A DNA stretch of 64,000 nucleotides, taken from contig OZ024747.1 of the NCBI GenBank assembly GCA_964016885.1, positions 72,106,001 through 72,170,000 on the forward strand, written 5' to 3'. The stretch comes from Eledone cirrhosa. Its lineage: Eukaryota. Below, piece by piece: positions 63,210 through 64,000 of the stretch. Each line of letters begins with the position of its first letter. Position 1 is the stretch's first letter. Below the pieces are notes generated by a model, which ran no database searches, was not told the DNA's origin, and saw nothing but the letters and a program-made list of their open reading frames with translations. A program made the position numbers and the translations under genes.

Positions 63210-64000
63210 ATGGATGGACGGACGGACTGCGGAATCCTGGAGAGTGGAAGGGAGAGAAAAATCTGGACGCCCAGAGCGAAAATGCCAAAGTTAAAGTCAA
63301 ATTCACCTCGTGGACGAGAATGCGAGCACTCCTCTTTGTTTCGTCCGCGGATGGCTAACATAACCCTATCTCCTCCCGCCCCCCACCACCCCCACCCTCC
63401 AAACGCAACCCAAAACTTCAGAGTTGGTACCATAAATGTAGGCACCCTAAAGGGTCGCGCTAACGAGGTTGTAGAAATGCTTGAACGTAAGGAGGTCGAT
63501 GTTTGTTGTATTCAAGAGACCAGGTGGAGGGGTGGGTCTGCTAGATTCATTGAGGGTAAAAAACGATGTTATAAGCTTTTCTGGGTGGGAAACGACGATG
63601 GGCTGGGTGGAGTAGGAATCATGGTAGCAGAAAAGTGGGCAGATAAGATAATAGACGTAAATAGAGTGAACGACAGAATAATTAAAATAAGACTTGTCCT
63701 CAATAGAACTACGGTGACAGTAATATCTGCGTACGCACCCCAATCCGGACTGCCCGGCACTATAAAAGACAGATTCTATGAGACACTGTTGCTAACTACC
63801 TCCCAAATATCTGACAGTGACTATATAATTATTGCAGGCGACCTAAATGGTCACGTTGGACAACATTGTGACGGCTACGACGAAATCCATGGAGGCTATG
63901 GGTTTGGTACTAGAAATGAGGAAGGCTCCAGAATCCTGGAATACTGTGATGCAAATAACCTAACTATCTGTAACACTAACTTCAAAAAACGTGACAATCA
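63210..64000 (+). mobile_element. 5' part of a second RTE-clade LINE (APE domain), ORF open to the window end
   Basis: In-frame ATGs at 63210, 63282 and 63351. FRVGTINVGTLKGR..CCIQETRWRG..ISAYAPQ..AGDLNGHVG is collinear with the 33488 ORF and has no stop before 64000. Confidence 0.9.

Overview
AT-rich, microsatellite- and transposon-dense animal genomic DNA. The SINE/RTE-LINE repertoire resembles a coleoid cephalopod (octopus); this is an inference. Two spliced genes lie head-to-head and were reconstructed exon by exon with consistent phases: CIAO2A/FAM96A (minus strand, 5 coding exons, 14841->6100, 145 aa) and a NEK6/NEK7 kinase (plus strand, 8 coding exons, 24646->37947, 357 aa) with a 67-aa polyQ tail followed by a ~1 kb frame-preserving minisatellite. 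NEK7 intron 7 holds an uninterrupted RTE-clade LINE ORF (APE + RT + PHD-like finger), and a second RTE ORF is open to the window end. Other elements include CR1-like, CRE-like, Penelope (Naiad-like), maT/DD37D, Helitron, piggyBac-like and pogo-like MITEs, and tRNA-derived SINEs. The most striking unannotated signal is a dense set of type-I hammerhead ribozyme motifs: 6 with intact cores, 2 with one core substitution and several degenerate. Most have palindromic stem-III segments. They include a ~400-bp fold-back element with a hammerhead at each end, and two sit in sense orientation within the probable NEK7 pre-mRNA. All folds were paired by eye and activity is untested.
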